From: Lama glama
Taxonomy: Eukaryota
Reading direction: 5' to 3'
Length of the DNA: 64,000 nucleotides
NCBI GenBank assembly: GCA_028534125.1
Contig: CM052818.1
Span: forward strand, 11,224,001-11,288,000
The position numbers and the translations under genes are program-made. Below, one piece after another: positions 51,136-64,000 of this stretch (position 1 is the stretch's first letter; each line of letters starts with the position of its first letter). Below the pieces are notes generated by a model. That model was not told the DNA's origin. It ran no database searches and saw only the letters and a program-made list of their open reading frames with translations.

Positions 51136-52274
51136 CAACCTTCATTTGGTACACAGGGCATCACAGAAGAAACAGATCACATGTGCCTATCCCATGGCAT
51201 GGACAGAAGTCACAGTGTTGGATATGTGGCCGTGGCGCATGAAACCTTGCCCACAGCCTTTGTATAGCCTCAAATCCAGTCCACTTCCAAAAGTGAGGCT
51301 CCTAGAGAGGGTTTCTGTTGACACTTTCCCTGCATGTTTGGTTATGCTTGTTTTTGTTGGCCCAGAGAGCCAGCAGCCAGGGACAGACAGCAGGACGGCT
51401 GAGCCAAGGGGCGGTCTGTTCACACCCAAGGGACAGGGGTGTTTCACTAAGTTGCTGCCGCTTGAAAGGCTGGCCAGCCGCGGCACAGTCTCGCTCTCTC
51501 CCGGTTTTGTTATCCCTGGGCTAACAAATAAAGGCTCATTCTCTTGTGTCCAAAAGACCCTTTTGAGGAGACTTGCTCTTGCTGGAAGTCTCCCGAGCCG
51601 CCTCACCTGATTACAGTCAGATGCTGGGCATTTCAAATTAAATTAGAACAAATAACAAAAATGAAAGGAGACTGGAGAGGAGGAACAAACCAACACAAAT
51701 GGTATTCATTTAAAGTAACCAATGAGAAAAATGGCACCTGAAACACTCAGCTGACACTGGCGGAGGCTGCTGTGTGAGCCCTGTCTTATGCTGAAAAAAG
51801 CCGTAAGTGAGAGACTGTAGGGATGGAAACTTCAGGTCCCTTTTGTCTAAAATATTCTGACACCGCTATGGCCACGATCAACAGGAAGGTGTTTTAAATC
51901 TAAACCTGAATTTGTATGGCTTTTGGACTCTGACATCATCTCCATTTGGTTAAATGACGGTATATGCAAAATAGATCTTGGAAGGTGGTGACAATATTTG
52001 TACCATTGTGTCATTTTTCCTCTACCAAGTCCTGCCAAGGGTAAAGTGCCATTTGAGCTCAAAATTCTGCTCCAGATGTTCCTAGAGAGACCCACTGGCG
52101 TGCAGATGGATGGGCAGGCAAGAGAGGGATTCCTGTAATACCTGATCTGATTATGCTCCAAAGTCAGTAAGAGAGCTCGAAATTAAATGGAAGGATTCAT
52201 GGACCAAGTTACAGTGTGTCCATCACAGAGTGATTTCAAACAGAGGTCTTATTGTTCCACAAAAGACAATTTGA

Positions 52275-52504
52275 TTTGTAGATACTAACTACTATATATA
52301 AAAATAGTTAATCAACAGGGTCCTGCTGTATAGCACAGGGGAACGATACTGAATACCTTGTAATGGCCTATAATGAAAAAGAATATGAAAAGGAATATAT
52401 ATATATATATAATGTATATATGTAGGTATATATGAATCACGATGCTGTATACCAGAAATTAACACAACACTAATAAATCGACTACACTTCAATTAAAAAC
52501 AAAC
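52275..52504 (+). mobile_element. L1 3' end (cetartiodactyl-type), 5'-truncated
   Basis: caacagggtcctgctgtatagcacagggga, gaatcacgatgctgtataccagaaattaacacaacact, cgactacacttcaattaaaaa; degenerate TSD aagacaatttga / aacacaattcga. Confidence 0.92.
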
Positions 52505-54005
52505 AACACAATTCGAAATCCACCAGCCCAACAAAGCCCCAGGATCACTTTGGCCTTCTTCATATCACTGTACCTTGGTTACACCTTCATCACATTTGCC
52601 TGAAATCTATTCAGGCAGTCACCTATTTCAGACCCTAGAATAACATTAAGATATTTGATAAGACAATCTAACTTCACCATCCAGATGCTGAAAGGATATT
52701 TACATTGAATTTGCTTTTTCAATCCTATTAGTCAAAGTAATACATTGTGCAGTAAAATATACTGTCTTATTACAGTACTCTCATCATGAAGAAACAAGGA
52801 GCCCACGGAAACATAATTCATATAACATTGTCTGTCAGTAAAGGAGGGCTCTTCCATGAACTCAAACCCAATTTGGATAAAATAAACTATTTGATGCTAG
52901 AGAGTTATCTTGTGCCCAAACTAGTTGCAGCCATATATTACAGGCCATCATTAACTAGGTAGAGAGACTCAAGAGAACATAACAGATGATTCCCTTGGAA
53001 GAGACAGGCTCACACATAACGTTAAAAACACAATTCGGTGACATGGCTGTCCCCTGACGTCACTTTTCATCCTAATTTCTCCTGGCCTGGCATACAGAAG
53101 ACTTTCATATCTCGAAAGGAGCAGATGCTACTGGGTTTTCCTCAAAAATGGGACAATCCCTTTATTAAAAAACCAAACAATAAGCATTCAGGAATGATCA
53201 GCTAAAATGTCTCCTAAGGCCATTATTTTTAGCAGAGCACTGTTGTGACTGTTTCCATGGCTAAACCATGAACATGTTTTCTGCACAAGCCCGGTCAGCC
53301 AGTGGCCTTAATTAACTCTCAAATGGAGAACGCCGCGGTTCACCACTTATTAAATCTCCACCCTCCCAAGTTACAATTTTCCCCCTCCACACCTCGCTTA
53401 GTCAAGACACCTCGAAAAACCCACAGTGCTGAATAACTGGTGATTTAGAAATATGTTCCACGTGTAATTACCAGACTGAACACACAGGAGGGGAGGGGAG
53501 TTTATGAAAACCTGGGCAGCTTTCATATCCAGATCGAGTGATATAATTTGTAAAATGAGGCACCAGAATAAGTCACTCAGAAAGAATAGAATAAACTGTT
53601 CTTACTCGTTCGAAGGAATTCAACAAATACTTAAGTGCTTGCTTCGTGGTCCAGATACTGAGTATGTTCCCAACTCCTCATGCCTAGGAAGTGCAGGGCA
53701 TGGTAAATGGAATTCAGGATATGGTGAGGAAGGGAAAGGACAGTATTTTTAAATAATATGCCCCCTAGAGAAGGAAGAGAGAGCCTGAAACTACTCATCA
53801 AGCTAACTACTATTAACACAACGTGCAAGTAGACTAACCAAGCTCATTTCACCGAGCATTTTATTCATGAGGGAGATGATGCGGTCTGAGATTCAATCCA
53901 GACAGGGTTAGCTTTTGTGATTAGCTAGGTTGAGTGGTTAAGGTATAGTAATAATGATACCATTATTTTTTCTCTCCTCTCTTCCATACAATACTCAGAC
54001 AGACA

Positions 54006-54006
<1 letters not shown>

Positions 54007-54040
<34 letters not shown>
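54007..54040 (+). repeat. (AC)17 microsatellite
   Basis: Read directly. Confidence 0.98.
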
Positions 54041-54042
<2 letters not shown>

Positions 54043-56069
54043 CTTTGCCCATATCTCTTTGGATTTGGCTTCTGAGTCTTCACAATCTAGACTTGTCTGT
54101 GTTTCAACTTGTGTACACTTCCAGGGGAAAAAAAAAAGTGAATTCACCTCCTGTTGAAATTCCACTGTGTATAAAATGGTCTTGGAATTTGAAGGAAGAA
54201 AAAAAATCCTTCTGCTACAAAGAGAACATGTGAAAAGGCCAAGAGAGAGAGCACAACTAAAAAAAATATATATAAAAATGCAAATGTTCCTAAACTTCAG
54301 CTTTGGATGGACTGAAGCCTAAGTGAGAACTTCAACAAAGCAATAGAAAAAGATGACAGCTCAGAGTTTCAGAAATTTAAGACAGCATCAGGATTAGACA
54401 CTTTGGGTTGTCTTCGCACACATTTCTTATGGGAGTTAATTCCATTTGACATGCAAGACCAAAGCAAGATTACAGAGGCATAGCCCCATGGCGAGGTGTA
54501 TGCTGTAGCTAAAAGCTGGGATTTGAATAATTGTGCAGGCTTACTCCAAGAATCAGGCGAGAACAGAATGAATGGATTATTACAAGGAACTTTGTACATT
54601 TTTAACTGCTGGACTTAATAAAATACCCTCTATGTGAGAGTAATATTATGGTCATCTGCACTCACTCTAGCTGAAGTTTGTGGTAGGTTCCATCAAAAAT
54701 GAGGAAAAACAGAAGCTGTTTTTAGAAAGAAAGAAAGAAAGAGAAAAAAGAAAAGAATTTTGTCATGAAAGACTGGGCTGGGTCGTGCCCGTCTGATTTA
54801 CAGAGGAATGGAAAATTTGGAAAACTTGAGATCCACATATTTGAGCCCCTCTCACCCCCAAGGTAGAGGGAATTCATTTCCTGTGCAGAGAAGTCTGAGG
54901 AAAGTGGAGAGCAGAGTTCGGGGAGAGTGGGCCACAGAAGGGGGTATTTTTATTTCACTACTTCAGCTCGTTAGGGAGGTCATTTGTTACTGAGAAAAAT
55001 TACTAACCTACACATCATTTTATATATATGTATAAGAAGTGACCTCTTTCCTAAGAATCTGTGGGAGCACTTGTCTGGAAAAGGCAGAAAGAGTAACAGT
55101 TCTAAAGACTTCTTGCTGCTTAATTAACTGTCCAGTGAGAATTATTAAAATTCTTTATATAATTCTTATTTAGCACTCGTTAAAGTGAAAGATACAAATG
55201 CTGGATGATGCAAGGTTCAGGGAAGCTTTAAGACGGAAAAGTTAGTCTTGCAATAGCTGAGGATTATGAAAAGCTGCCCATTAACAGTAGCCAGGTAGAC
55301 CTTTCATTTTAAAAGTCACTGATTCAGATCTGAAGTGATTTGATTTGATTTTCTCCTTTAAAATGTTCTTCATCTCCTCTCTTCCTGAGAGCCCAGTTCT
55401 GGTCCCCCTGCAGCCCTGACCAGCCGAGTGGGAGAGCACTCAACCCTGGACGGGAGGAAACGGCTCTGGGGCCACGGCACTGGGGCAGTGCGCCCTCTGC
55501 TGGGGAACCGGTCCGCAGTCACGCTTCGGGAAAATCCCCCAGAGAGCTTGCCCCCAGGAAAGCAAAAGGGATGCACCTTTCCAAGTGGCATCTCTCTCTC
55601 TCATCGCTGAGAGTGGCGATTAGACGAGGGGCAGGAGAGGATGCAAGTGCTTCATTAAACCAGAACTCAAATGCAGCTCTCCTCACAAAACATGTCTGTC
55701 AGCTTCAGCCTGCCATGTAAAATGGCAACAGGAATGATGAACACATTACAAATTTGTAGACCCTAAAATTAAACTCCACCTCATTTATTTCATAGTTCAG
55801 CAGGCTGGGGATGGCTGACATCAGAGGCACACGACTTTCCTGATGAGCTCTCTGGTTTCCTTCTTGGAGAAGGGATGTATATGCTCTGTATGGACACACT
55901 CAGTCTTCCTGAAACCCCACTTTTGCTTGGTGGAACTAGAAAGAGGAGGCATACTGCCGCGCTCTGCAGAAGAAAGTTGAGAATCACAGCCCTGGGAGGG
56001 AAGCCAATGGATGTTTTACCAAAGGAAGATGAAGAGCTAGCCATTCCCCTCTTGCCTCTGGGCATCATT

Positions 56070-56215
56070 TAGATCCTGGCTGCTTCAAGGCCAACACCTG
56101 GGAGCTTGTTAGAAAGGCAGGAGCCCAAGTCCCACGAAGACCTACTGAATGAGAATCTGCATTTTAACAAGAACCCCAGTGACTCATGAGTATGTTCAAC
56201 ATTGAGATGCACGAC
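56070..56215 (+). mobile_element. MER5A-like hAT-Charlie DNA transposon
   Basis: cacctgggagcttgttagaaaggcag...agacctactgaatgagaatctgcattttaacaagaaccccagtgactc. Confidence 0.85.
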
Positions 56216-57127
56216 TAGACACTGGGAAAGCTAAACTGAAGCAAGACTAGAGCACTGAGCTTTGCAAGTAGAAGGAAGCCTAGACACTACCTGCCTCCTT
56301 GGATAAGGAAACCAAGACACAGAGAAGAACACAGCTCCTAACACATCTAAGAGGGAAACTTTACATAAGCCTAATCATGGTTTTCTATGAAAGCTGGAAC
56401 ACAGCTACGACAGACCTTTGTGGTTATCCTTACCATGTACTAGAGCAGAACCAACAGAATGTGGCACCAGCCCTACCATGACGTAGGGGATGGTTCCCAC
56501 GTGGAGGGACCCTGTCTTCTTATAATCAGCTCTGTGCCACTGAAAAGACTTGGCTAAATTCTGCAGGAATTGACAAGGAAATGAGATTCTGATATTCCTT
56601 CTATTCAAATAATGATTGATGAAACTCATGGGAAAAATAAATTGAATTATGTTATAATCTCCCAGGGAAACATAATTAAGTTGTAAAGCATTCCCATGAA
56701 ATCCTAAAAGCCTTATATCATCTAGACAGTGACTTCTACTACATGATCAATAATTATATTAATTAAAGATAATTATTTTGATAGGACAGTTTGACTTTGG
56801 GGCCCCACTTATTCTTGATCTGAGGTATTGATTTAATAGTGAAGATTTGGTTGGAGCCAGAGCCCGATATAAAGAATTCTTTGGGGGCCCCCCAAAGCTT
56901 TATGATATTAATGCTAAGTTGTACTAATTTGTAATTCCTCACCACCAGTTTGATGCTTATTCATACAACCCAATGGTCAATACTTGGGCAAGATCAACAG
57001 AACATTCCATTCCCTGTTCTTAATTCTCTAAGACCTAGACGCAAACTATCTTCAGCGAGTAATAGATGGTGTATAAAACCCAATGCTCTTTGAACCTTCA
57101 AAATTCCAGGACTTCCAATACACTCTT

Positions 57128-57145
57128 TGTGTGTGTGTGTGTGTG
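57128..57145 (+). repeat. (TG)9 microsatellite
   Basis: Read directly. Confidence 0.9.
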
Positions 57146-57784
57146 CAGGATTCTCGAGCACACTCACGGCAACTGGGGCAGGGAGCTGGAGAATCTGACT
57201 TGATGTTAACAACACCCAGAAAATTGGTGTGAGAGTGGACCCTTAAACTTCCACTGTATTTCTCTGAAAACATTTGATTGTGAAGATTAGCCCTGGGACG
57301 CCGATCTGGCAGTGCAAGCTTTTAAGCACAGGCAAAAACTGAGACTGCTTGTTGATTCTCTTGCTGCACTTTCCAGAGACACCCTCAATCAGTGTGTGCC
57401 TTCTCACTTTCATAAAAGCATCAGTGAGCATCAACAGAAAGTAAAAAGTGAGACAGACAAGGAACTTGACAGTCATAATGCCAGGAATCACAGCACAGAT
57501 ACACCAGATTTGGATTTTTTTTTTTTTTTTTTTTTTTTAGGAAAGACAACCACCATTACGTTATTAACCTCCCTGAATTCTCTACATTATTCAAGATAAC
57601 CTGTTAGGTGATTTTAACATTAAGGGATAATATAGTTGAAAGAATAACAATTAAGGTATCAGGAATGAAATCATTAGAATTGCACATTATTTCATCAGAG
57701 TTTCCTTAAATCACTTATAAAACATCTTGCAGACAGGATGCTCACTACACAAGAGGTTGTGGATCTTTCTCTCAACGAGATAGC

Positions 57785-58043
57785 AAGTGCAGTATTTGAG
57801 TCAAGAATTAGGAGCCAGTGGCACCTGGTTTACACATTGGATCTACCACTTACCACCCTCAGCTGGAACAAGGGAAATAACCTCTCTCTATGCCTCAGTT
57901 TCTACATCTGTAAAATAGGAATAATAGTAATACATACCTAATGGGGATGTTGTAAGGATTTGGTGAATTAATTAGCATGAAGCAACTGGAATGTTCATGG
58001 GTAGTACTAAGCACTCAATTTATAATGGCTGCTATCAGTATTG
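57785..58043 (+). mobile_element. MIR SINE
   Basis: aacctctctctatgcctcagtttctacatctgtaaaataggaataatagtaat...taagcactcaat. Confidence 0.88.
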
Positions 58044-58045
58044 TC

Positions 58046-58367
58046 TTTATTTTTTTATTTTTTATTTTTTAAAATTGAAATGCAGTCAGTTACAATGTGT
58101 CAATTTCTGGTGTACAGCACAATGTCCCAGTAATGCATATACATACATACATATATATATATATATTTTTGTATTCTTTTTCATGAAAGGTTATTACAAG
58201 ATATTGAACATAGTTCCCTGTGCTATACTGAAGAAACTTTTTTAAAATCTGTTTTTATATATAATGGCTAACATTTGTAAATCTCAAGCTCCTAAATTTA
58301 TCCCTTCCCACCCCCTTTCCCCAGTAACCATACGATTGTTTACCATGTCTGTGAGTCTGTTTCTGTT
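58046..58367 (-). mobile_element. Young L1 3' end, camelid-like
   Basis: T-rich antisense tail, then gtcagttacaatgtgtcaatttctggtgtacagcacaatgtcccag, ggttattacaagatattgaacatagttccctgtgctata, tctgtgagtctgtttctgtt. Confidence 0.9.
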
Positions 58368-58869
58368 ATAATTGATGCATGTTGACTTACTCGTGGTCAT
58401 ATTACAATTTATTAAAGAATAGTCTTCTTCAAACCCAACTTTCAGAGAGTCTGAAAGCCAAGTTTTAGTCTCCAGCTTAAAATCTATTTTCCTAATAGAA
58501 TAATTTAAAAAATATGTATGGGGATTTGCAAACACAAGCTTACTGATGTTATAACTTGATCACACACACACACACAGAGGCACAGAACAGTACCACCTTG
58601 CAGCCCCATGCCGGAAGCCCCCCCACAGGGGATTTGCCATAAAGGAGGCTAAATGTGGCTCAGCATTCTAGTGAGAGATCCTACCATTCAGAGCAGAATA
58701 ACCTGAGAACAAAATAATGCAGAAAGCAGCCCTGAGGTTCCTTTGTCTTTCCTGGGGTAAAATCAATTCTGTTATTACCCACAGTTGGGTGCAGAATAGC
58801 ACAGGAACAGCGTGGCTTCCTCCCGCAACACCCCTCAGAGAGTGGGCCGCACGGGTAATGTTCCACACC

Positions 58870-58884
58870 CTGAGTGACTCAGCA
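58870..58884 (+). promoter_or_regulatory. AP-1/ARE (NF-E2/NRF2-type) motif
   Basis: TGACTCAGCA at 58875-58884 overlapping the palindrome CTGAGT-G-ACTCAG. Confidence 0.35.
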
Positions 58885-60975
58885 TTGTCGAGAGAGGAAA
58901 GGGGAGATCTGCCTTGGGTAGGAACATTTATTCTAAGGGACTCTTAAGACACTAGAAAAGACAAGAGGAAAGAAAATTCTGGGCGAATTCATATAGAATC
59001 CAGTATGCTAAGCTGCCCTCAGCCTCAGAAATGGAGTCCAAGGTGATGGGCAACATTGCCAGGCCTAACATCTTCCTGCCCGCTCTTCCAAGGGAGGCTC
59101 GTTTAGCCATATTTCCTTTGCGGGAAAGGGAAACGGACCACGGACATGATGCCGCACATCAGAGCAAAATAAAAAAAGCTTCCCAAAGAAAGTAGGCAGA
59201 CTTGTGAATGTGGCATTGTGGAACCCATAAAATAGACCAACAATGATTGAAAGCAAGAAAATGACTTCGTTTTTCTTAAAACTACCACAATTAGGCAATT
59301 GAGCTAACTAATAGGATCTGAGGAGATGTAAATACGTTTTTTATTTTTATTAACAAAGGGAGTGAGGAGACAAATTTCAGCCTGAATGAAAGAAGGTAAA
59401 TGATTCCTCCCCAAAGGCAGAGCCAAGATTTCTCAAATGAGCTTCCTCCGAAAAGAGATAGAAGTAAAATATATGAAGCAAGATGACATAATGTGCTGTT
59501 GCCTAAATGCAGCAGTGATGGTGTCCTATTCTATAGACCGAGCTGTGAGTAACTGAATGCAAGATAAAGCAAAAATATAGAAAAGGCCACTCAGTAACAG
59601 AAGCATAAAAATGCAGCGTGTGTAACAGTGCTGAGAATGGTACAGCTCTGTAGAACTGATTAATAAGGAGAGTGCTGAACAGAACAGAGTGGATTTGCAG
59701 AGATTAGGATGTAGCAAGCTTTGTCCAGAAACTTGTATGAAGTTCTCATTGGCCTGGAATCCGAAATAAGGCAAAAAACCTACCTCTCATCATGAAAGCC
59801 CGTCTGTGATCTTTTGATACCTCTTAGTCAAGCGACTTATCTTTTCCCATAAGCCATTTAAAAATAAAATTTGTAATAATATTTGTATTCTTCTATGCAA
59901 ATCATTCTCTACGGCATCTCTACTTTTGAATGAGGGTCGGGGGAGGAGCGCATGATACTATATCTTTGACGTTATAGCATGACAGAGACAGGAAAAAATA
60001 AAAGCAGTTTCATCCACAAGAGTTGAGCTCTGGGAAAACAGAGAACTTGATAAAGCCTAAAGGTCAGGCTCCAAGGTGAGCAAGAACCAGAGTCAGAGTT
60101 GGGAGATGCCAGGTGGCGGCCAAGGACTCAGGCATTTGCATTTCCAAACTCTAAGGACACTTGTTCCGTTGCGAAGGGCATCTCCACTTCCTCCAGGTTC
60201 CAGACAAAGGAGGCGATTTTTTGAAGGAATAAAGGAAAAGAAAGATCCAGCCTACAAGTGCTCAGGAATCCCAAACCAAAGGTAATGTCTAAGAAACACA
60301 GACGTGCAGGCAACAATGGACAATGGCCACGGCTTGGGCAAGCAGAAGGTGCCTCAGTCTGTGGGCTTCTCCGGGATGATCACAAAATAAGACTAGGAAC
60401 CATCGTTAAAGGGGCAACTGAGCGTGCAGCCCTCCAAGGCTCTGAGAGCTAGTCCGCTGTGGGCTGGAGTCCCTCCTTCGATTTGAGTTCTGAAGCCACG
60501 TCTGTGGTCAGCGCTCTAATTTGTTCTGTGGGGACTTTGGAGATGTTGATATCAGGTAAGGCATTTGTGGCTGGAGTGATGGGCAGGAGGGAGAAAATAA
60601 TTCTTTGACTGTTACCAAGGTAGACATCTATGCCTCGATTTATAAACAGGGGGTGCAGGGGCAGAAAGAAGGCAAAGGACTCTCACGTGTTCGCGGATCA
60701 ACCCCACTGGGGGCTCCTGGGGGTAGTGATGACTAATCAGGCGGGCGAGGCAGAAAACAAATCAGTGGAAAGAGAGGTGCTTACTTTTAGGAATGCAAAC
60801 GCAACTCAAAATCAGGAAACCTTGGCCAAAAGCAGTTCTCAAACATTTCACTTGTTGCAAGAGGAGAGAAGGGAGGATTTCCCAGCAATAGTCCATCCAG
60901 AACGGCCAACAAGTGGAGGGAGTGCCCGGCTGTGGGGGAAAGCGCTCCGTACCTCAGGGAGCCTCAGGCTGGCGG

Positions 60976-60997
60976 TTCCTGTTTCATTTTCACTTCC
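60976..60997 (-). promoter_or_regulatory. ETS-IRF composite (EICE) overlapping an ISRE
   Basis: Minus strand reads GGAAGTGAAAATGAAACAGGAA. Confidence 0.45.
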
Positions 60998-62800
60998 ATG
61001 GTAAGTTTTTCCCTTTTTAGGGAAAATTTTTAAAAAATTAGAAGATATATACGTATATACATATATATATATATACTCATATATACATGCATGTGCGTGT
61101 TTATTATATTCTTTTCTAGAAATGGAAATAAAGACAAAAGAGGAAAAGTCTAATTTGCAGTTTAGCTTTGCAGCCTCAGTTCTGGCTTGCCAGTGAATCT
61201 TCTTATATACAAAGCTGACTGGCGGGAGGGGTGGGATTGAATAACACATTTATGTGATACAATCACATCATTTACAATCACATAATGGACCATATCCCAA
61301 TTTTCAAAAGGCATAAAGTATCCTCATTAATACGATAAGTGCAGCAGTCAAATCAACACTGTGATTTTATCAGGGTTTTTGACTGTACATGAATTAGAAT
61401 GTAAAATGCATACAGAATTTTTAATGGGAAGGCTTTAACATTCACTGAATGTATTTCTTACTGTCATTTGCATCACATTAAAGTGAAATTTTACATAAAA
61501 GGATAAAGAGAATATGTCCTAAATTACAGTTTTTCCATAGTTGTCATGTCCACACATAGAAAAATCTGATTCATAAGCTTGAACATGATCCTAAATCTGA
61601 AAAGGCTGCACCGGTTCCCTGTTTGTTTGTGGGGTTTATGTGGCTGTCAGGGCCCAGTAGAGCTCAGGAAGGTCAGACTGTCAGGACAAAGCTCATAAAG
61701 ATCGGGGGGGGGAAGGGGGATCGGGGCAGGAGAGAGGATGATGGTGTTTGCTGTCTCTCAGTCTAGTAAGTTATGAAACACTGTGACTGCATTTTTTCCT
61801 TCCACACAAGACTACTAAAAATCACTCATGTTCCTAAGAAGTTTTTTGGTGCTCCTTTAGAAAGCTTCTCTCTTAGTTGAGTTCACTTCAGTAGAGTTTA
61901 TGGCCCTGGACGAAATGTAGAAACCCAGTTCTGTGGATTCCACCCTGAATGAGTCTGCGCACACTGCCAGGCACGTGGGACAGACACACTGCCTATCAAA
62001 GCTGCGCATGCCTACTTGTGTGTTGAAATATGAGCCATGCGTCAGATGTGAGGCTCAAGGTAACGGCAATTGGGAGTGCGGGCTCGGTGGCTTCCATACA
62101 CTGAGGCAAAAAAGCCCCCTGTCATTTCTCATGAACCTCACATCACACACAGAAATGTCAGTGATTGGTACACAGTAGTTGATGCAGAATCCTGAGAATC
62201 TGGGAGAGAATGTTTTACATTCTAGAATGGACCGAGGTGTCACCTGCCCGAATACACTAGGCGGGAAGGGCGTATACTTGCTACATAACACCGACCACCT
62301 GTCCACTGGCTAGCACGCCTGGTCCAGGAGTGGGGAGTGCTACTCTGAGTAACGGAACTCTGCTACCATTTTAGGCTCTAAACAAACAGAGCCTGCTACC
62401 ATTCCCCCAATAGAAAGACATGCATGGAACCTGGGGTGAAAGAGACCGAATTCACAAGTCCTGCAAGTGTACTTTGCTCCTAGGGAAAAAAAAAAACATT
62501 TTATGTATGCATATGACACGAGCCCAACTGGAATGAGTGATTTTCGGAATGACCAGTCTATCCATTTGATTCGTTTTATCTTTAATAATTTGTTTAACTA
62601 CTTTATCTTGGATGAAGATCAAAGACTGCATAGACTAGTGTTTAGTATTAATGGCCACATATTGCTGTCAATTCTGATTCATCTCCCTTGGATATACACA
62701 GATTGTATATATTTTATACCATAGTTAAGAAAATGCACCAGTGTCCTCCCACATCTAGAAACAGTTTTCAAACATTTACAGGTGACAGATTTTACCCTAG

Positions 62801-62885
62801 GCCCCTTTCTTTTCTTTTCTTTTCTCTTCTCTTCTTTCCGTTCTCTCCTTATTTCTCTTTCCCTTCCTTTCTTCTTCCCTTCTTT
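62801..62885 (+). repeat. CT-rich polypyrimidine low-complexity tract
   Basis: Read directly. Confidence 0.85.
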
Positions 62886-63139
62886 AATATTTTTCATATT
62901 AACATAGAAATTGGAATTTGGGCCAAAAACAGAGAAACATTCAGGATTCTGGTCTATTTTCAGCCATGACAAAATTGTTCTCTTTAATACCTAAAATACT
63001 TCGAATGACAAGAACCCCGTGAAGAAACCATTTATGTACTGATGGATCTTAAAATGAGCAGAAACTTCCTGATAGCACTGCTATTCGGCGCAGTGACTTC
63101 AGTCCCCAGATGTATGCATAATGCCCTCTGAGGGGGCAG

Positions 63140-63345
63140 TTCACCTGCTGGAATCCTGGCCCTCGCTGTTCGTGGGCTGGGAGAGCATCACCAAGCCTCT
63201 TACCCTCTCCGGGTAAGTGGGAATATTAATATTTATAATTTATAAAGTGGGAATAATAATATTTAATGTATTGACTTACTGTGACTATGAAATAGGATGA
63301 TGTACGTCAGGTACATAGAGTCATTCCAGGCACCATGGAAACAGT
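63140..63345 (+). mobile_element. MIR SINE, degenerate, with an internal 21-bp duplication
   Basis: ggaatcctggccctcgc...aaagtgggaataataat...ttccaggcac; aagtgggaatawtaatattta at 63215-63235 and 63245-63265. Confidence 0.55.
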
Positions 63346-64000
63346 TCATGCAAGTTTGATCCCAATGCAAGACAGATGTTTTACTTTGTTTTTTGCCAAA
63401 AGCTCATAGTGTCCACCTTTGTGCGTGTGTGTGGACCAAAAAGCATCCACTCTTTTTAAAGAATCAAATTAGATGCTATTAAACTTGACTTTCATCTGTG
63501 GATTTCCATCTAGGATGACTATACAAATTCAGTAAGTGAACCACCTTTTTTCCTCCAATGAACTTAGGATAAATATTTTTAACTGCCCGCCTAGTCCCTA
63601 CTGGCTCCCTGGAGACATTACTAAAATTCAGAAATTAAGAGAAGTATATTAGAGCAAAGAGAGACATTTACTGGTTCTAACCCACCTCCTCATTCACCTT
63701 TCCCATGATATAAATACGTTTTTACCTAATTTATACGGATAAAGAACATATTCTTTCTGTGACAACATGCCTGCATAAATAATAGCAAAATGGATTGATA
63801 CTTCCTCAAACTCCACATTTGCTGCAAAACACCAGGTATGTCTAAGGCATTGCCTTCCACCTGAAGTTGAAACCAGTTATTTATCTCAATGAAGTCAAAT
63901 TTATGCCGCCATTTTCCCCTTCCTTTTAAATGCACGCTGTTTGTTTTACAGGGTCTTATAACCCATGCTTCCTTGTTTTCACATTTTCTGCTCATGAGAA

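Noticed and set aside
1..64000. ORF track entries, including the longest (6388-6921, 8575-9090, 17684-18253, 38377-38904)
   Set aside because: No recognisable domains, many have non-ATG starts or overlap on both strands, several lie in repeats, and they form no consistent exon chain; lengths are what GC-rich non-coding DNA gives by chance

Overview
This is mammalian (eutherian) non-coding DNA, either intergenic or a large intron. I found no protein-coding gene, RNA gene or CRISPR-like array that I can support; the ORFs in the track (60-190 aa) match no protein family I recognise and many lie inside repeats. The window carries ancient repeats (MIR, L2, MLT1/MaLR LTRs, MER58A, MER63, MER5, old L1) and three young 5'-truncated L1 3' ends of cetartiodactyl type. 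I saw no Alu, Bov-A/Bov-tA, PRE1, CHR, CanSINE or ERE SINEs, so a camelid genome is the best inference. The most notable structures are a two-LTR MLT1/MaLR provirus nested in an L2 (40.3-42.5 kb), a transposon-poor ~9 kb stretch with several blocks that look like conserved enhancers (9.7-18.6 kb), and several transcription-factor motif clusters (1.6-1.9, 38.0-38.3, 58.9, 60.7-61.0 kb). Repeat family names come from recalled consensus sequences, not from a search, and many boundaries are approximate. I see no evidence for a new biological system.
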